This document shows positions 1 through 9,572 of a DNA stretch of 53,751 bases, piece after piece (the stretch's first letter is position 1; each line of letters begins with the position of its first letter). The stretch covers positions 182,910 through 236,660 of the forward strand of contig MGEI01000003.1 of the NCBI GenBank assembly GCA_001791305.1, written 5' to 3'. Source of the DNA: Candidatus Uhrbacteria bacterium RIFCSPLOWO2_01_FULL_47_17. GTDB lineage: Bacteria; Patescibacteriota; Patescibacteriia; UBA9934; GWF2-40-263. Made by a program: the position numbers and the translations under genes. Under the pieces are notes generated by a model that made no database searches, was not told the DNA's origin, and saw only the letters and a program-made list of their open reading frames with translations.

Positions 1-428
1 GCGGAACCAAGGACGATATGATTGTCTGATCCAACGTTTACCATAAACGTGGAAGTTTGGTTCGAAACGACTCGACTGATAATGGCTGCCGGAACGGCAC
101 TCAGTTGACGTTGTTTCAAAAAACCGAGTTCTTTTATCAAGGTCGTATTTTCTAATTTTATCCGCTCGATCTCTGAGCGTTCAATCGCATATTGATTCCG
201 CTCTGCAACCAGACGCTCATAATCATCGGGATTAACGGAACAGGCACCGAATGTTGATTGATATTGGTTTGAAATCCAAGTTCCAGAGGAGACAAACGGT
301 TTTTGGATGAATTGAAGTGATCGAAAAAAGAGGGATCGTGCAAAAAACAAGATCAAGAAAAACAGGACCAGGAGAGCTGGCGCAATAAATCGACGGTGAA
401 CATTCAACCATGTTCGAAAGGTGGGCAT
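1..428 (-). CDS. mreC: Rod shape-determining protein MreC, N-terminal part (runs off window start)
   Basis: Own translation from ATG at 428: MPTFRTWLNVHRRFIAPALLVLFFLILFF (TM), coiled coil ...IKLENTTLIKELGFL, then PAAIISR...FMVNVGSDNHIVLGS. Directly downstream of mreB; absent from ORF track. Confidence 0.85.
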   Translation of the reverse strand, partial: MPTFRTWLNVHRRFIAPALLVLFFLILFFARSLFFRSLQFIQKPFVSSGTWISNQYQSTFGACSVNPDDYERLVAERNQYAIERSEIERIKLENTTLIKELGFLKQRQLSAVPAAIISRVVSNQTSTFMVNVGSDNHIVLGS

Positions 429-436
429 AAAGAAAA

Positions 437-463
437 AAGGCGGAAAGGGCTGAAAAGGCGAAA
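437..463. repeat. Three 9-nt tandem units (A(A/G)GGC(G/T)(G/A)AA), intergenic
   Basis: aaggcggaa-agggctgaa-aaggcgaaa; same unit at 14388-14414 and 49225-49308. Confidence 0.7.
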
Positions 464-472
464 GAAACAATT

Positions 473-1525
473 TTAAATAATGTTGCCTTCGGTTGCGGAA
501 GGCAGTGATATATCTTTGAGGAGTTCTTCATTCTCGAGAAGTAAACCAGCTCCGCGCACAACAGAAGTCACGGGATCCTCGGCAACTCGCACAGGAATCT
601 CAGCGTGGCGACTGATCAAAACATCAAGTCCTCGAAGCAGCGCTCCGCCGCCTGTAAGCACAATGCCCCGCTCGTAAATGTCCGCCACGAGTTCTGGAGG
701 TGTTTTTTCAAGTGTTGCTTTGATTTGTTCGATGATTGTTCTGATCGAACGATCCATTGCCTCTCTGATCTGTGTGTCAGTGACGATAATCTCTCTCGGA
801 AGTCCTGTAATCAGATCGCGACCACGCATTTCAATTTCAAGAGGCGTTTCTTGTGGAATGGCGGATCCAATACGCATTTTCACTTTTTCGGCGACACGTT
901 CACCAAGCAACAGGTTAAACATGTCTCGCGCGTATTGGATAATATTTTTGTTCAATTCGTCACCCGCAATATCCAAAGACTTCCAGGTAACGATTCCTGC
1001 AAGGGACATGACAGCGATTTCCGTTGTTCCTCCACCCAAATCGACGATCATCATTCCAATCGATTCTGATAATGGAAGACGTGCACCGAGTGCGGCAAGC
1101 ATGGGATTCTCAACGAGATATACTTTACGCGCGCCGGCCGAGATTGCAGCATCTTCAACCGCTTTACGTTCCACTTCTGTTGTTTCAAGAGGAACACCGA
1201 TCACGATTCGTGGACGCGGAGCAAAGGTAAACGAGTCTGTGTAAGCTTTATCAATAAAATACTTCAACATTTTTTCTGTCACTTCAAAATCTGAAATCAC
1301 CCCTTTTTGCAATGGCTTTGTAATGGAAATATGCGGAGGGGTTTTTCCAAGCATGTCTTTTGCATCTTTTCCCACCGCTAAAATTTGATCGGTTCTTGTG
1401 TTCACCGCAACGATGGATGGTTCATTAATAATGATTCCACCCTCTTTCGAGTAAACGAGCGTGTGCGATGTTCCAAGATCAATTCCAAGATCTTTTGAGA
1501 ATTTACCGAAGAATTTGTCGAGCAT
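473..1525 (-). CDS. mreB: Actin-like rod shape-determining protein MreB
   Basis: GIDLGT, EPS, VDLGGGTTE, LTGGGALL motifs; start moved to MLDKFFG (ATG 1525). Confidence 0.97.
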   Translation of the reverse strand: MLDKFFGKFSKDLGIDLGTSHTLVYSKEGGIIINEPSIVAVNTRTDQILAVGKDAKDMLGKTPPHISITKPLQKGVISDFEVTEKMLKYFIDKAYTDSFTFAPRPRIVIGVPLETTEVERKAVEDAAISAGARKVYLVENPMLAALGARLPLSESIGMMIVDLGGGTTEIAVMSLAGIVTWKSLDIAGDELNKNIIQYARDMFNLLLGERVAEKVKMRIGSAIPQETPLEIEMRGRDLITGLPREIIVTDTQIREAMDRSIRTIIEQIKATLEKTPPELVADIYERGIVLTGGGALLRGLDVLISRHAEIPVRVAEDPVTSVVRGAGLLLENEELLKDISLPSATEGNII

Positions 1526-1613
1526 AAGGAGAACAAAAAAGATGTCACAATGTGCATCTATTTTACAAAATCTAGACGGATCCATCAAGGATTTTGATTG
1601 ATAATTTTGGTGT

Positions 1614-1994
1614 TCAAGTTGATTCTGTAGATCCAAGAAAAATAAGCTCCAAAATACTTGCAATAAAGACAATAAGGACAAGCACCCACCAGACTAAAAG
1701 CCCAATTCCAGAAAGGAGGAGCGCTGCCAAAAATAGCGCTGTGAGGATAAGGCCTTGTCTCAAGGATCGAATAACATGTCGGTAAACAACCTGATCTTTT
1801 TTTATCCAGACACGCAGAAGAGTTCCGAGAAGCGTTACGCTCGCGAGAACAGAAATTCCGAGTGTGACGAAGAATAAGAAGAATCCTAAAAACCCAGACT
1901 TTGTTGGATCGATGGTGTAAATAACAATAAACCATGCGATCCAAGCACTAAGACTCACGAGAGCCATGATGATGAGGTATAAACGCAAACTCAT
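1614..1994 (-). CDS. Four-TM hypothetical membrane protein
   Basis: 126-aa ORF with four hydrophobic segments; 4-nt overlap with upstream gene. Confidence 0.8.
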   Translation of the reverse strand: MSLRLYLIIMALVSLSAWIAWFIVIYTIDPTKSGFLGFFLFFVTLGISVLASVTLLGTLLRVWIKKDQVVYRHVIRSLRQGLILTALFLAALLLSGIGLLVWWVLVLIVFIASILELIFLGSTEST

Positions 1995-2314
1995 AGGTGT
2001 TCTTCCAAAAGGGCGCGATTGATTTGAAAAATAACTTTGTCTAATTTGGTGTCTTGAAATTTTTCCATCATCCGGTTTCGGAGTTCTTCCTCAAATTCTT
2101 TCAAGTACTGTGTTGTCGATCCACTTTTTGTCACAATTTTCAGCAGGCCATCTTTGTAGGAAATAACGCGCGCATCTGCATCCCGATCCATTGGTAATAC
2201 ATCTCGTAAAAATTCGTTTCCCCATCCAACAATTTGCGATGAAGTAATTGCCGTCCCGAATTGTTTTCTCTGAATCTGTCGGCGAACCAATTGTTTCATC
2301 GATGACATTCCCAT
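1991..2314 (-). CDS. DciA/DUF721-like protein
   Basis: 107 aa; ARVISYKDGLLKIVTKSGSTTQYL resembles the DUF721 core. Confidence 0.65.
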   Translation of the reverse strand: MGMSSMKQLVRRQIQRKQFGTAITSSQIVGWGNEFLRDVLPMDRDADARVISYKDGLLKIVTKSGSTTQYLKEFEEELRNRMMEKFQDTKLDKVIFQINRALLEEHL

Positions 2315-2332
2315 ACGTGTACATTTTACTTG

Positions 2333-5287
2333 CTACTGTCTGAATTCACAAATATCTGCAAAGTCACAAAATCGACAATGAAAACCAGGCGTCGCTTCGA
2401 ACTGACTCTTACGAATTGCCTGCACGCGATCAATGATGTTTTGTCGCAATTCCGCGAGTTGATCGTCTGTTCCGATAAATGAAACATCCGAGTTGTCCTC
2501 GAGATAATGATACGTGAGCTTCTTTGGTTTCAGTCCGAGCACATCGATCGCCGCCATCTGATACAAATACAACTGTTCACGATCTTCCGGCTTCAACGTT
2601 TTCTCCGTCTTTGGCGATCCTGTTTTGTAATCGATAATTTCCACACCATCCTCGAATGTGTCCATACGATCGATGCGCCCTTTCAGCACAACATCACCAA
2701 ACTTCAGCGTGAAGCCTTGTTCGAGAAACAAAGGACTGGGTCGCTTGTCTTTAAACGATCGAAAATACGCAAGCAGAGATTCTTTTCCTTTTGCGCGATA
2801 CTCCTCGCGTTGTTTATCATCCTCATACCAGTCATCAATCCAGGCTTGGGCGTAGAGGTCGAGAAGATCCTTCTCGGTGACAGGCATTGGGTCGGTCGTC
2901 GTCGAGGGCGTCTCGAATAACGACACTTGTTTCATTCCCGCACGCTCAAGCCAGAGGGTAAAATAGTTCTGAAGCGTGTTGTGCATGGTTTTTCCGAACG
3001 AGAATGTCCAGCGACCGAATACGGGCACTTTCAAGACGTGAGCAAATTTGTATTGATACGGACAGGTTTTAAATGCTGCAAGTTGCGTAAACGAAAATTG
3101 CTTCGGTACTGGGATCGAAATCTCGGTCTTCGAAATATGCTCTTCTTGTTCCCCACGATCTTCATCGAACAAATGCACGAGCGCGCGATCTTTCCCATCC
3201 GGTTTCTCATACCCAAGTTCATGGAGGAATCTTGACAGCTTACGCGCCCGCGCTCCGCCGTAATCATCCGCAGAAGTGAAATACAAACCTTCTTTTGCAC
3301 GCGTCATCGCAACATAAAACAGTCTGCGTTCTTCATGCAGGTGCGCATCATCGTGATCGTGAGTACCCTCGAATAAACCATCTGGAATAGGGATCGTTTC
3401 TCCGCGGGCCTGAGCCGGAAATCTGCGATCAACAAGGTTGACGACGAAGACATGTTTGAACTCAAGACCTTTCGATGCGTGAACCGTCATGATGCGTACA
3501 AGCTCAGGACCTGTCTCAAAATCAACAGAGAGCGAACCCTCTTCGCCCGCATCGCGCTCGTGAGCAAACTCATCGAGGAACGCGTGCAGTGTCTTTTGAT
3601 CATTGCGAACCTCAAACGACTTCACGCGCTCGAGAAACTGATTGAGATATCGAAACGATTCCATCTTCTCGTTTTCTGGTCGTGAGTTGAGATACTCGAT
3701 GTAACCGAGTTTTCGGACGAGTTGTTTAAAGCACTCAGTCGCCGGCTTTCCTTTCAAAGTCGTTCGAAGTTCGTTCAATTGAAACAAGATCGTGCGCAGT
3801 TTCTCGAGGACCTCCGGCGAGAGCTTGCTGATCGATGAAGCCATCTCACACGCCTCAAACAACGACTTTCCTTTCATTTGGGCAAGAAGATTCAGCTCTG
3901 AGATTGAGCGTGCATCGATCGCATACATTGGCGAAGTCAGAACACGATAGAAACTCGGACTCTCGAATGGGCGGTCGATGACTTGCATGAACGCGAGCAA
4001 GTCGAGAATAACCGGCTTTGTATAAAGTCCCGAGAGGGCGAGAAACTGAAATGGGATTCCGTGACGATCGAAAGCGGCCGCAAAGTCATCTCCGGCGCTG
4101 TTTGATCGGACGAGAATCGCAAAATCATTCCAGGATAAATCCTGGTCAGCATCTCGAAGCTCAGCGATCTTTTTCACGACCGAAAGAACTTCGTCCTCAA
4201 GCGTTGAGCAATGAATGTGTTCAATGGTTCCCTGTTTCTCGGAGTGCGCGATCAGACGCTTCGTTAATCCACTTTTTGACTCGAGACGGTGTGGGTTATT
4301 CATTTGAATAAACGTATGAGCATGGTCGAGGATCGATTGCGCAGATCGGTAATTCTTTGTAAGCACAACCCGAACAGTATTCGGGAAATCTGTCTCAAAA
4401 CGCAGAATATTCTCAAGAGACGCTCCGCGAAAGTGATAAATCGATTGATCATCATCCCCCACAATCGTTAGGTTGTTACTCGGCGCGGCAATGAGTTTTA
4501 CGAGTTCGTACTGCGCATGGTTTGTATCTTGAAACTCATCGACGAGGACGAAGCGAAACTTGTCGCGAACAAGTTTGAGAACGCGCGGCCGATCACGCAT
4601 CAGTTTTAATGAATACAAAATGAGATCACCAAAATCAAGGGCATCGTGCTCCTGAAGGATTGATTGGTACGTCTGATATGCATTCGCGAGCTCGCACAGT
4701 CGCTTCTTCTCGGACAAACCCTCTCCCCGGCCCTCTCCCTCGAAGGGAGAGGGGGTTTGCATTGCATCCTCGTCGAGAACGCGCTCTTCGACGAACTTCA
4801 GATAGGCATCCGGATCAATTGCTTGATCTTTAAGTCTCGAGAAATGCGAAAGGAATCCTTTGAGGTACTTTGTTGGGTTTCCGAGTGGGCGGTAATAGTC
4901 GAGGACAAACTTGTCGAAATGTTGGCGCATTAAAAGCCACGTGTCGAGTTCGGTTGAAAGCTTAAAGTCCCGAGCGAGACCGATCTCCGCACCATATTCT
5001 CGAAGGAGCCGTTCGCAGAATGCGTGGAAGGTCGAAATCTGAAGATCGACATACCCATACGGCAGCAACAAGTCGACACGCTCTTCCATTTCACCTGCCG
5101 CTTTGTCCGTAAACGTGAGCGACAAAATCTGCTCCGGCTTTGCGAGCCCTTGTTCGATGAGCCAAGCAATGCGCTTTGTGACCACTGTCGTCTTCCCTGT
5201 CCCCGCCCCCGCAACAATCATAAGAGGCCCCGTTGTATGAGTAACGGCTGAAATTTGCTCTGGATTCAGGTCATCAAGGAGATTCAT
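2333..5287 (-). CDS. UvrD/PcrA-family SF1 helicase fused to a C-terminal PD-(D/E)XK nuclease with four-Cys Fe-S motif (AddA/AdnB-like)
   Basis: AGAGTGKT, VDEFQD, VGDDDQSIY, NYRS, TVHASKGLEF, EERRLFYVAMTRA; nuclease GRIDRMD...IIDYKTG; CPYQY...CRFCDFADIC. Start set at MNLLDDLNPEQ. Confidence 0.93.
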   Translation of the reverse strand: MNLLDDLNPEQISAVTHTTGPLMIVAGAGTGKTTVVTKRIAWLIEQGLAKPEQILSLTFTDKAAGEMEERVDLLLPYGYVDLQISTFHAFCERLLREYGAEIGLARDFKLSTELDTWLLMRQHFDKFVLDYYRPLGNPTKYLKGFLSHFSRLKDQAIDPDAYLKFVEERVLDEDAMQTPSPFEGEGRGEGLSEKKRLCELANAYQTYQSILQEHDALDFGDLILYSLKLMRDRPRVLKLVRDKFRFVLVDEFQDTNHAQYELVKLIAAPSNNLTIVGDDDQSIYHFRGASLENILRFETDFPNTVRVVLTKNYRSAQSILDHAHTFIQMNNPHRLESKSGLTKRLIAHSEKQGTIEHIHCSTLEDEVLSVVKKIAELRDADQDLSWNDFAILVRSNSAGDDFAAAFDRHGIPFQFLALSGLYTKPVILDLLAFMQVIDRPFESPSFYRVLTSPMYAIDARSISELNLLAQMKGKSLFEACEMASSISKLSPEVLEKLRTILFQLNELRTTLKGKPATECFKQLVRKLGYIEYLNSRPENEKMESFRYLNQFLERVKSFEVRNDQKTLHAFLDEFAHERDAGEEGSLSVDFETGPELVRIMTVHASKGLEFKHVFVVNLVDRRFPAQARGETIPIPDGLFEGTHDHDDAHLHEERRLFYVAMTRAKEGLYFTSADDYGGARARKLSRFLHELGYEKPDGKDRALVHLFDEDRGEQEEHISKTEISIPVPKQFSFTQLAAFKTCPYQYKFAHVLKVPVFGRWTFSFGKTMHNTLQNYFTLWLERAGMKQVSLFETPSTTTDPMPVTEKDLLDLYAQAWIDDWYEDDKQREEYRAKGKESLLAYFRSFKDKRPSPLFLEQGFTLKFGDVVLKGRIDRMDTFEDGVEIIDYKTGSPKTEKTLKPEDREQLYLYQMAAIDVLGLKPKKLTYHYLEDNSDVSFIGTDDQLAELRQNIIDRVQAIRKSQFEATPGFHCRFCDFADICEFRQ
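4719..4755. repeat. CCCTCTCCC-type palindromic element, in frame in helicase gene
   Basis: ccctctccccggccctctccctcgaagggagaggg; 10-bp stem 4731-4740/4744-4753; encodes PSPFEGEGRGEG. Confidence 0.8.
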
Positions 5288-5318
5288 ATTGGCGATATTG
5301 TAACACATCTCGCCCAGC

Positions 5319-5345
5319 GTCATCCTGAGCTCCTCGAGGGATCTC
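5319..5345. repeat. Half copy of GTCAT...GGATCT-type palindromic repeat
   Basis: gtcatcctgagctcctcgagggatctc resembles the left arm of the element at 49849-49935. Confidence 0.5.
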
Positions 5346-5382
5346 CGGACGGGTATTTGTCCAAAAAGACAACGCGAATCCA

Positions 5383-5411
5383 TTGACAAAATCTCGGATT
5401 CTTGGTAAGAA
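5383..5411 (+). promoter_or_regulatory. sigma70-like promoter of vWA-FHA operon
   Basis: TTGACA-17nt-TAAGAA; AGGAGG SD at 5427-5432. Confidence 0.5.
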
Positions 5412-5439
5412 ATTGTTGCCAATCATAGGAGGAACGGCA

Positions 5440-6771
5440 ATGGAAAACCCTATCGTTCATGACAAACCGGAAGTCAAGATTCGTATTTCGCTAGGTCAAC
5501 ATCCGATTCCGATCGTTCATGGAATGGTCGAAGCGGATGTCGTTTTGGAAATCACGCCGGTCATTCCGGAGCGGAATTCCGCCCCACTTGATGTCTGTGT
5601 GGTTGTGGACTGTTCTGGGTCCATGAATGGTGGCGCGAGTCACAACTCGCGCATCACAAAAATCGACGCGGTTCGCGAAGGTCTTGTGAATGTCGTTCGC
5701 AAGATGGGTCCGGAAGATCGCATTCGTGTGATCGGGTTTAGTGATGATGCCTTCGAGGTTTTGCCCTGGACAGTCATCGGACAAACGGAACTCGAGAAAG
5801 TCGTCGATCAGCTCGAGAAAGAACTTCACCATCGAGGCTCGACTCACTTCAAAGACGCACTCAACATGTCAATCGAGAACGGCCTCGGCGATCACGGATC
5901 GCCGCTCATCGTTCTGCTGACGGATGGTCAGAGTTCGAACCCGCAAGAGGATCACCGATTCATGGTTCAGTTCGTTGATGAGCTGCGCGGAAAAAAGATT
6001 CCGCTCATCATCTACGGAACGGGGCCTGATTACAACAAGAATCTGTTGGACCAGCTCGCCATTCGAGCAGGCAACGGATCTCTCATGTATCACGTCTTGT
6101 CGGTCGAAGATCTGGATGCGCATCTCACGGGAGAACTCGCGTTTCGTCATGGATTTTGTCTTGAGCGTGTGGAGATCTTGGTCTTCCATGCGCTTGCGCG
6201 ATTCACGGACGTCTACCGCTTCATCCCGCAAGAGCATCGCCTGCTCGAACGAAACCAGAACAATCGTGAGCACGGAGATGCTGGTTGCTACATTCTGAAA
6301 GATGGAAAAGGCTTCCAGAATTCCTGCGGATCGGTGGATCACCTGCGTGGACAGAAGTTTCTGTTTCGCATCACGGTACCCGCTCACGATTTCCAGGAAA
6401 CATCTTTGTTCAATATGGAGATCTCCGGCAATAAGCCGGGTGAACTTCCCTTCAAATACACCCTTCAGGTTCCGGCGTCCTGTACGCCCAACCTTTCCAC
6501 ACAACCCATTCATCCTGAAGTGACGAAGTACAAGCTGATGGTTGAGGCGACAAAAGCCATCAAAGAACGGCGGTATGAGGACGGCGTTCAGATCTACGAA
6601 CGCATGGGGCGTCCGGATCTGGCACAGACCCTCGTCCTTCTCTCTGAGAAGGGAGAGGACGAAGAGTCGACATCGCGCGGGACGCAGTCTTTCGCAAGTT
6701 CGGCATCCTCGGTCGTCCTTTCGCAGGAAGCAATCGACCGATACTTCAAGGAGCGTGGAGAAAACCCATGA
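5440..6771 (+). CDS. von Willebrand factor A domain protein (intact MIDAS)
   Basis: VVDCSGSM, GSTHF, LLTDG; start at MENPIV after AGGAGG. Confidence 0.9.
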   Translation: MENPIVHDKPEVKIRISLGQHPIPIVHGMVEADVVLEITPVIPERNSAPLDVCVVVDCSGSMNGGASHNSRITKIDAVREGLVNVVRKMGPEDRIRVIGFSDDAFEVLPWTVIGQTELEKVVDQLEKELHHRGSTHFKDALNMSIENGLGDHGSPLIVLLTDGQSSNPQEDHRFMVQFVDELRGKKIPLIIYGTGPDYNKNLLDQLAIRAGNGSLMYHVLSVEDLDAHLTGELAFRHGFCLERVEILVFHALARFTDVYRFIPQEHRLLERNQNNREHGDAGCYILKDGKGFQNSCGSVDHLRGQKFLFRITVPAHDFQETSLFNMEISGNKPGELPFKYTLQVPASCTPNLSTQPIHPEVTKYKLMVEATKAIKERRYEDGVQIYERMGRPDLAQTLVLLSEKGEDEESTSRGTQSFASSASSVVLSQEAIDRYFKERGENP

Positions 6772-7250
6772 ACGAACTCGCCCTTTTTGAACGAGAAGAA
6801 CTGATAAAGTTCAACAGCGGTCTCAAAATCCTCTACCTCGGCAATGAACGTATTCGCGTAAGCGAGACGTATGCGCAAGGATTCATGATCGGCTGGAAGC
6901 GTCTCGAAAGCGGCCCACCCATCCGGGTTGGTCGTGAAGACGCTCCGCCGGATGAGATGCACATTCATCCAGAAATCGATCTTTCCCCTGTCATGCCTGT
7001 GGCACAGCAAGGCTGCGTCTCGCGGCTGCATGCAGTCATCGAATGGCAAGACGGAAAGCCGATGCTTCGAACCTATTCCCGGAAATCCGGAACGTGGGTT
7101 CGCCGCAGCGGTGAAACGCGCAAGCGACTCCTCCAGCTCCATGAGTACCATGAGTTGAAGCATGGCGACATGATCCAACTTGGGCACCCAAGATCCATTT
7201 ATGTGCGCCTGCGGATTCAGTTCCTCGGAGCGCCGACAGACAACACCTAA
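6768..7250 (+). CDS. FHA domain protein
   Basis: IRVGR...VSRLHAVI...SGTWV...LKHGDMIQLG; ATGA overlap with vWA gene. Confidence 0.85.
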   Translation: MNELALFEREELIKFNSGLKILYLGNERIRVSETYAQGFMIGWKRLESGPPIRVGREDAPPDEMHIHPEIDLSPVMPVAQQGCVSRLHAVIEWQDGKPMLRTYSRKSGTWVRRSGETRKRLLQLHEYHELKHGDMIQLGHPRSIYVRLRIQFLGAPTDNT

Positions 7251-7317
7251 CCACTCGTTGCGAAAGCTCCGGGTGGATTTTTTTGCAACAAAAAAGACAC
7301 TCATGTGAGTGTCAGAG

Positions 7318-7920
7318 TTACGGAATCGTCATGCCGCTGCGGCCATCGATACCTGCGTCGGGCTCGGAATCATCCTCAAGAGCGCGATCATCACGTCCAA
7401 GCACATCGCGTTCATACTTGTTGTACCACGCATGAAATTCTGGTGTGTTGACTTGCATGGTGTATTTCCGATCGTCCGAAAGCTGAAAACAGATGAAGTT
7501 GTGGATCTGTCGGCTTTTCCCGAACGTTTCACGAACAAATGCTTCCGCCGAACGAAGCTGATCGATTGTATCAACGAACGAACACCCAGGATTCAGAGAT
7601 GGCGCAGAAACAAGCGCAATCTCGTTGATCGGCTTCATCTGAAGCGCGGAGCGGATCAGAATCATGGTATGTGCACGACATTCTTCATGATCTGCATCAG
7701 ATGTGATGTTGTGCAAGGAACAACCGCCCGTCGAAACACAAATAATGTGTGCGGGTGGAACTTGGGTATGAAATGAAATATCCGGATGCAGATTCGCAAG
7801 ATCTGTGACCACAAGCGTGTGCGAGAGATCGCAATCGAGCTTTGCTTCATGCAAAACCCGTTGTGCGTACAGAGACTCGATCAGAGCTTGATCTTCCGGA
7901 GAAAGCTGTGGGCGTATCAT
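7318..7920 (-). CDS. Degenerate beta-carbonic-anhydrase-like protein, paralog of 15277-15912
   Basis: Colinear similarity by eye to the 15277-15912 product; Zn ligands partly lost. GAGGAG SD; own promoter TTGACA-17-TAGTCT at 7963-7991. Confidence 0.55.
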   Translation of the reverse strand: MIRPQLSPEDQALIESLYAQRVLHEAKLDCDLSHTLVVTDLANLHPDISFHTQVPPAHIICVSTGGCSLHNITSDADHEECRAHTMILIRSALQMKPINEIALVSAPSLNPGCSFVDTIDQLRSAEAFVRETFGKSRQIHNFICFQLSDDRKYTMQVNTPEFHAWYNKYERDVLGRDDRALEDDSEPDAGIDGRSGMTIP

Positions 7921-8002
7921 GGAGACTCCTCGAATCGTCAAGAAATGAGTGACGATGGGGAGAGACTACGGTAAATAAGAGAAAATGTCAATGCGTGAAA
8001 CC

Positions 8003-8027
8003 AAAAACCGATCTTTAAAGATCGGTT
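8003..8027 (-). terminator. Intrinsic terminator after Ehr operon
   Basis: aaccgatctttaaagatcggtt hairpin followed by a T run on the minus strand; overlaps the stop codon. Confidence 0.6.
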
Positions 8028-9571
8028 CCGGAATAGCTGAGATCCAATGACTTATTACAAAGAGGAAAATCTGGAATGATGTTTCCTGGACCAATCGCTC
8101 CAAAGAGCGCCCAGTTGCAAAACGATGGATCGCGTGGGACACAGCGGGTGATGCGTCCATTCTCGACGTATACCGCAACGAGTGTTTCACCGCGCCATGC
8201 CTCTACGGCTCCAATTCCCATTCCGTCTTTCGCCTGCACCTCGACATGTGTTGCGCCCTCATTGTTCGAGGAACAAACGGCTTCGACAAGCTTCATGGAC
8301 TCAATCATTTCGAGCGCACGTAATTTCCAGCGCGCGTAGACATCGCCTTTCTCGAAGGTGAGAACTTCCGGCTTCATTTCGCCATACGCTGCATACGGAT
8401 GATCACGTCGAACATCACGATCGACGCCAGATCCTCGAGCTGAAAGACCGAGAGCGCCGAACGCGACCGCGACGTCTTTTGCGAGCACGCCAGTCGTTTC
8501 GAGACGCTCACGAAGTCCATCGCTGTGACGACCGAGTTCAAAGAGATCTTGCATTTCATCCACCACCTCTTTTGTTGTTTTTTGAATATCACGAAGTTCC
8601 TCGACAGACAGAGACTTAGAAACTCCGCCTGGCGCGATGTACCCTCGCCAAAAACGATTTCCGAATACACGTTCAGACAATCGCATCATTTTTTCTTTCA
8701 CACGGAATCCATGAGCTGCCATAACCGTAAATCCAGTTCCCATTCCAGCCATGTTCGCAATGTCATGCGTGTGCATAGTGATACGCTCAAGCTCGGTTAC
8801 GAGCACGCGCAACTGTTGTGCGCACTCAGGAACGTTTGTGTGCGAGAGATTCTCGAGGGCGAGTGCGTATGCGAGACTGAACGATGCGGACATGTCGCCC
8901 GAGATACGTTCAATATACGGGAGCGCCTCTTCGACCGTCTTTCCTTCCATCAACTTTTCAACCCCTTTATGTGTGAAAAACAATTTTCCTTCAAGGGTGA
9001 TTATGCGCTCACCAGCTACGTTAAAGCGAAAATGTCCAGGTTCAATAATACCGGCGTGAATCGGTCCAACAGGAATCTCGAAAATCCCCTCACCCTCGAT
9101 GTGGTGCATTGGGTAAGGTTCGTTTGCATGTTCCATCTTTGTATTCCACGCAAAGTCTTTACGAAGTGGGTGTGTGTTTTTTGGAACATTCTCATGGTGA
9201 ACCAAACGACGTGGATCCGGATGCCCCTCGGCTTTTATGCCAAACATATCCATCGCATAGCGCTCATACCAATGCGCTTCCATGATGGTTTTCGTGAGAG
9301 ACTCGTACGTTGGGTTTGCTTCGGGAAGTGATGTCTCAACAAGCAACCACTCATGCGATGCGTCGAGGGAAAACAAAACGTGCACACCAAATCCTTTTCC
9401 TTTTTTGCGATTATCTGTCGCGTACAATAAAGAAAGAGGAAGCTTGAACTCCAACGACAATCGATTGCACAAAAGCGTGAATGCATCTTGCGAAACTCGC
9501 TCGACCGTCACGAGCGATCCTTGCGTCGTGCCAGACAATTTTACGTTGTGAAGAATTTCTTGTGCGTTCAT
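8015..9571 (-). CDS. Ehr-type large subunit (HyfG/HycE-like, NuoC+NuoD fold) lacking NiFe-binding cysteines
   Basis: WYER, GHPDPRRL, PLRKDF, VGPIHAGIIEPGHFRF, HKGVEK. L1 site reads ERISGD (not RxCxxC); C-terminus DFPLCNKSLDLSYSGTDL (not DPCxxC). Confidence 0.92.
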   Translation of the reverse strand: MNAQEILHNVKLSGTTQGSLVTVERVSQDAFTLLCNRLSLEFKLPLSLLYATDNRKKGKGFGVHVLFSLDASHEWLLVETSLPEANPTYESLTKTIMEAHWYERYAMDMFGIKAEGHPDPRRLVHHENVPKNTHPLRKDFAWNTKMEHANEPYPMHHIEGEGIFEIPVGPIHAGIIEPGHFRFNVAGERIITLEGKLFFTHKGVEKLMEGKTVEEALPYIERISGDMSASFSLAYALALENLSHTNVPECAQQLRVLVTELERITMHTHDIANMAGMGTGFTVMAAHGFRVKEKMMRLSERVFGNRFWRGYIAPGGVSKSLSVEELRDIQKTTKEVVDEMQDLFELGRHSDGLRERLETTGVLAKDVAVAFGALGLSARGSGVDRDVRRDHPYAAYGEMKPEVLTFEKGDVYARWKLRALEMIESMKLVEAVCSSNNEGATHVEVQAKDGMGIGAVEAWRGETLVAVYVENGRITRCVPRDPSFCNWALFGAIGPGNIIPDFPLCNKSLDLSYSGTDL

Positions 9572-9572
9572 A

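Noticed and set aside
605-1244. Long plus-strand ORFs opposite mreB (similarly 8525-9331, 15316-15960, 19413-20225, 24848-26368, 51444-52058)
   Set aside because: Antisense shadows of well-supported genes with no recognisable motifs.
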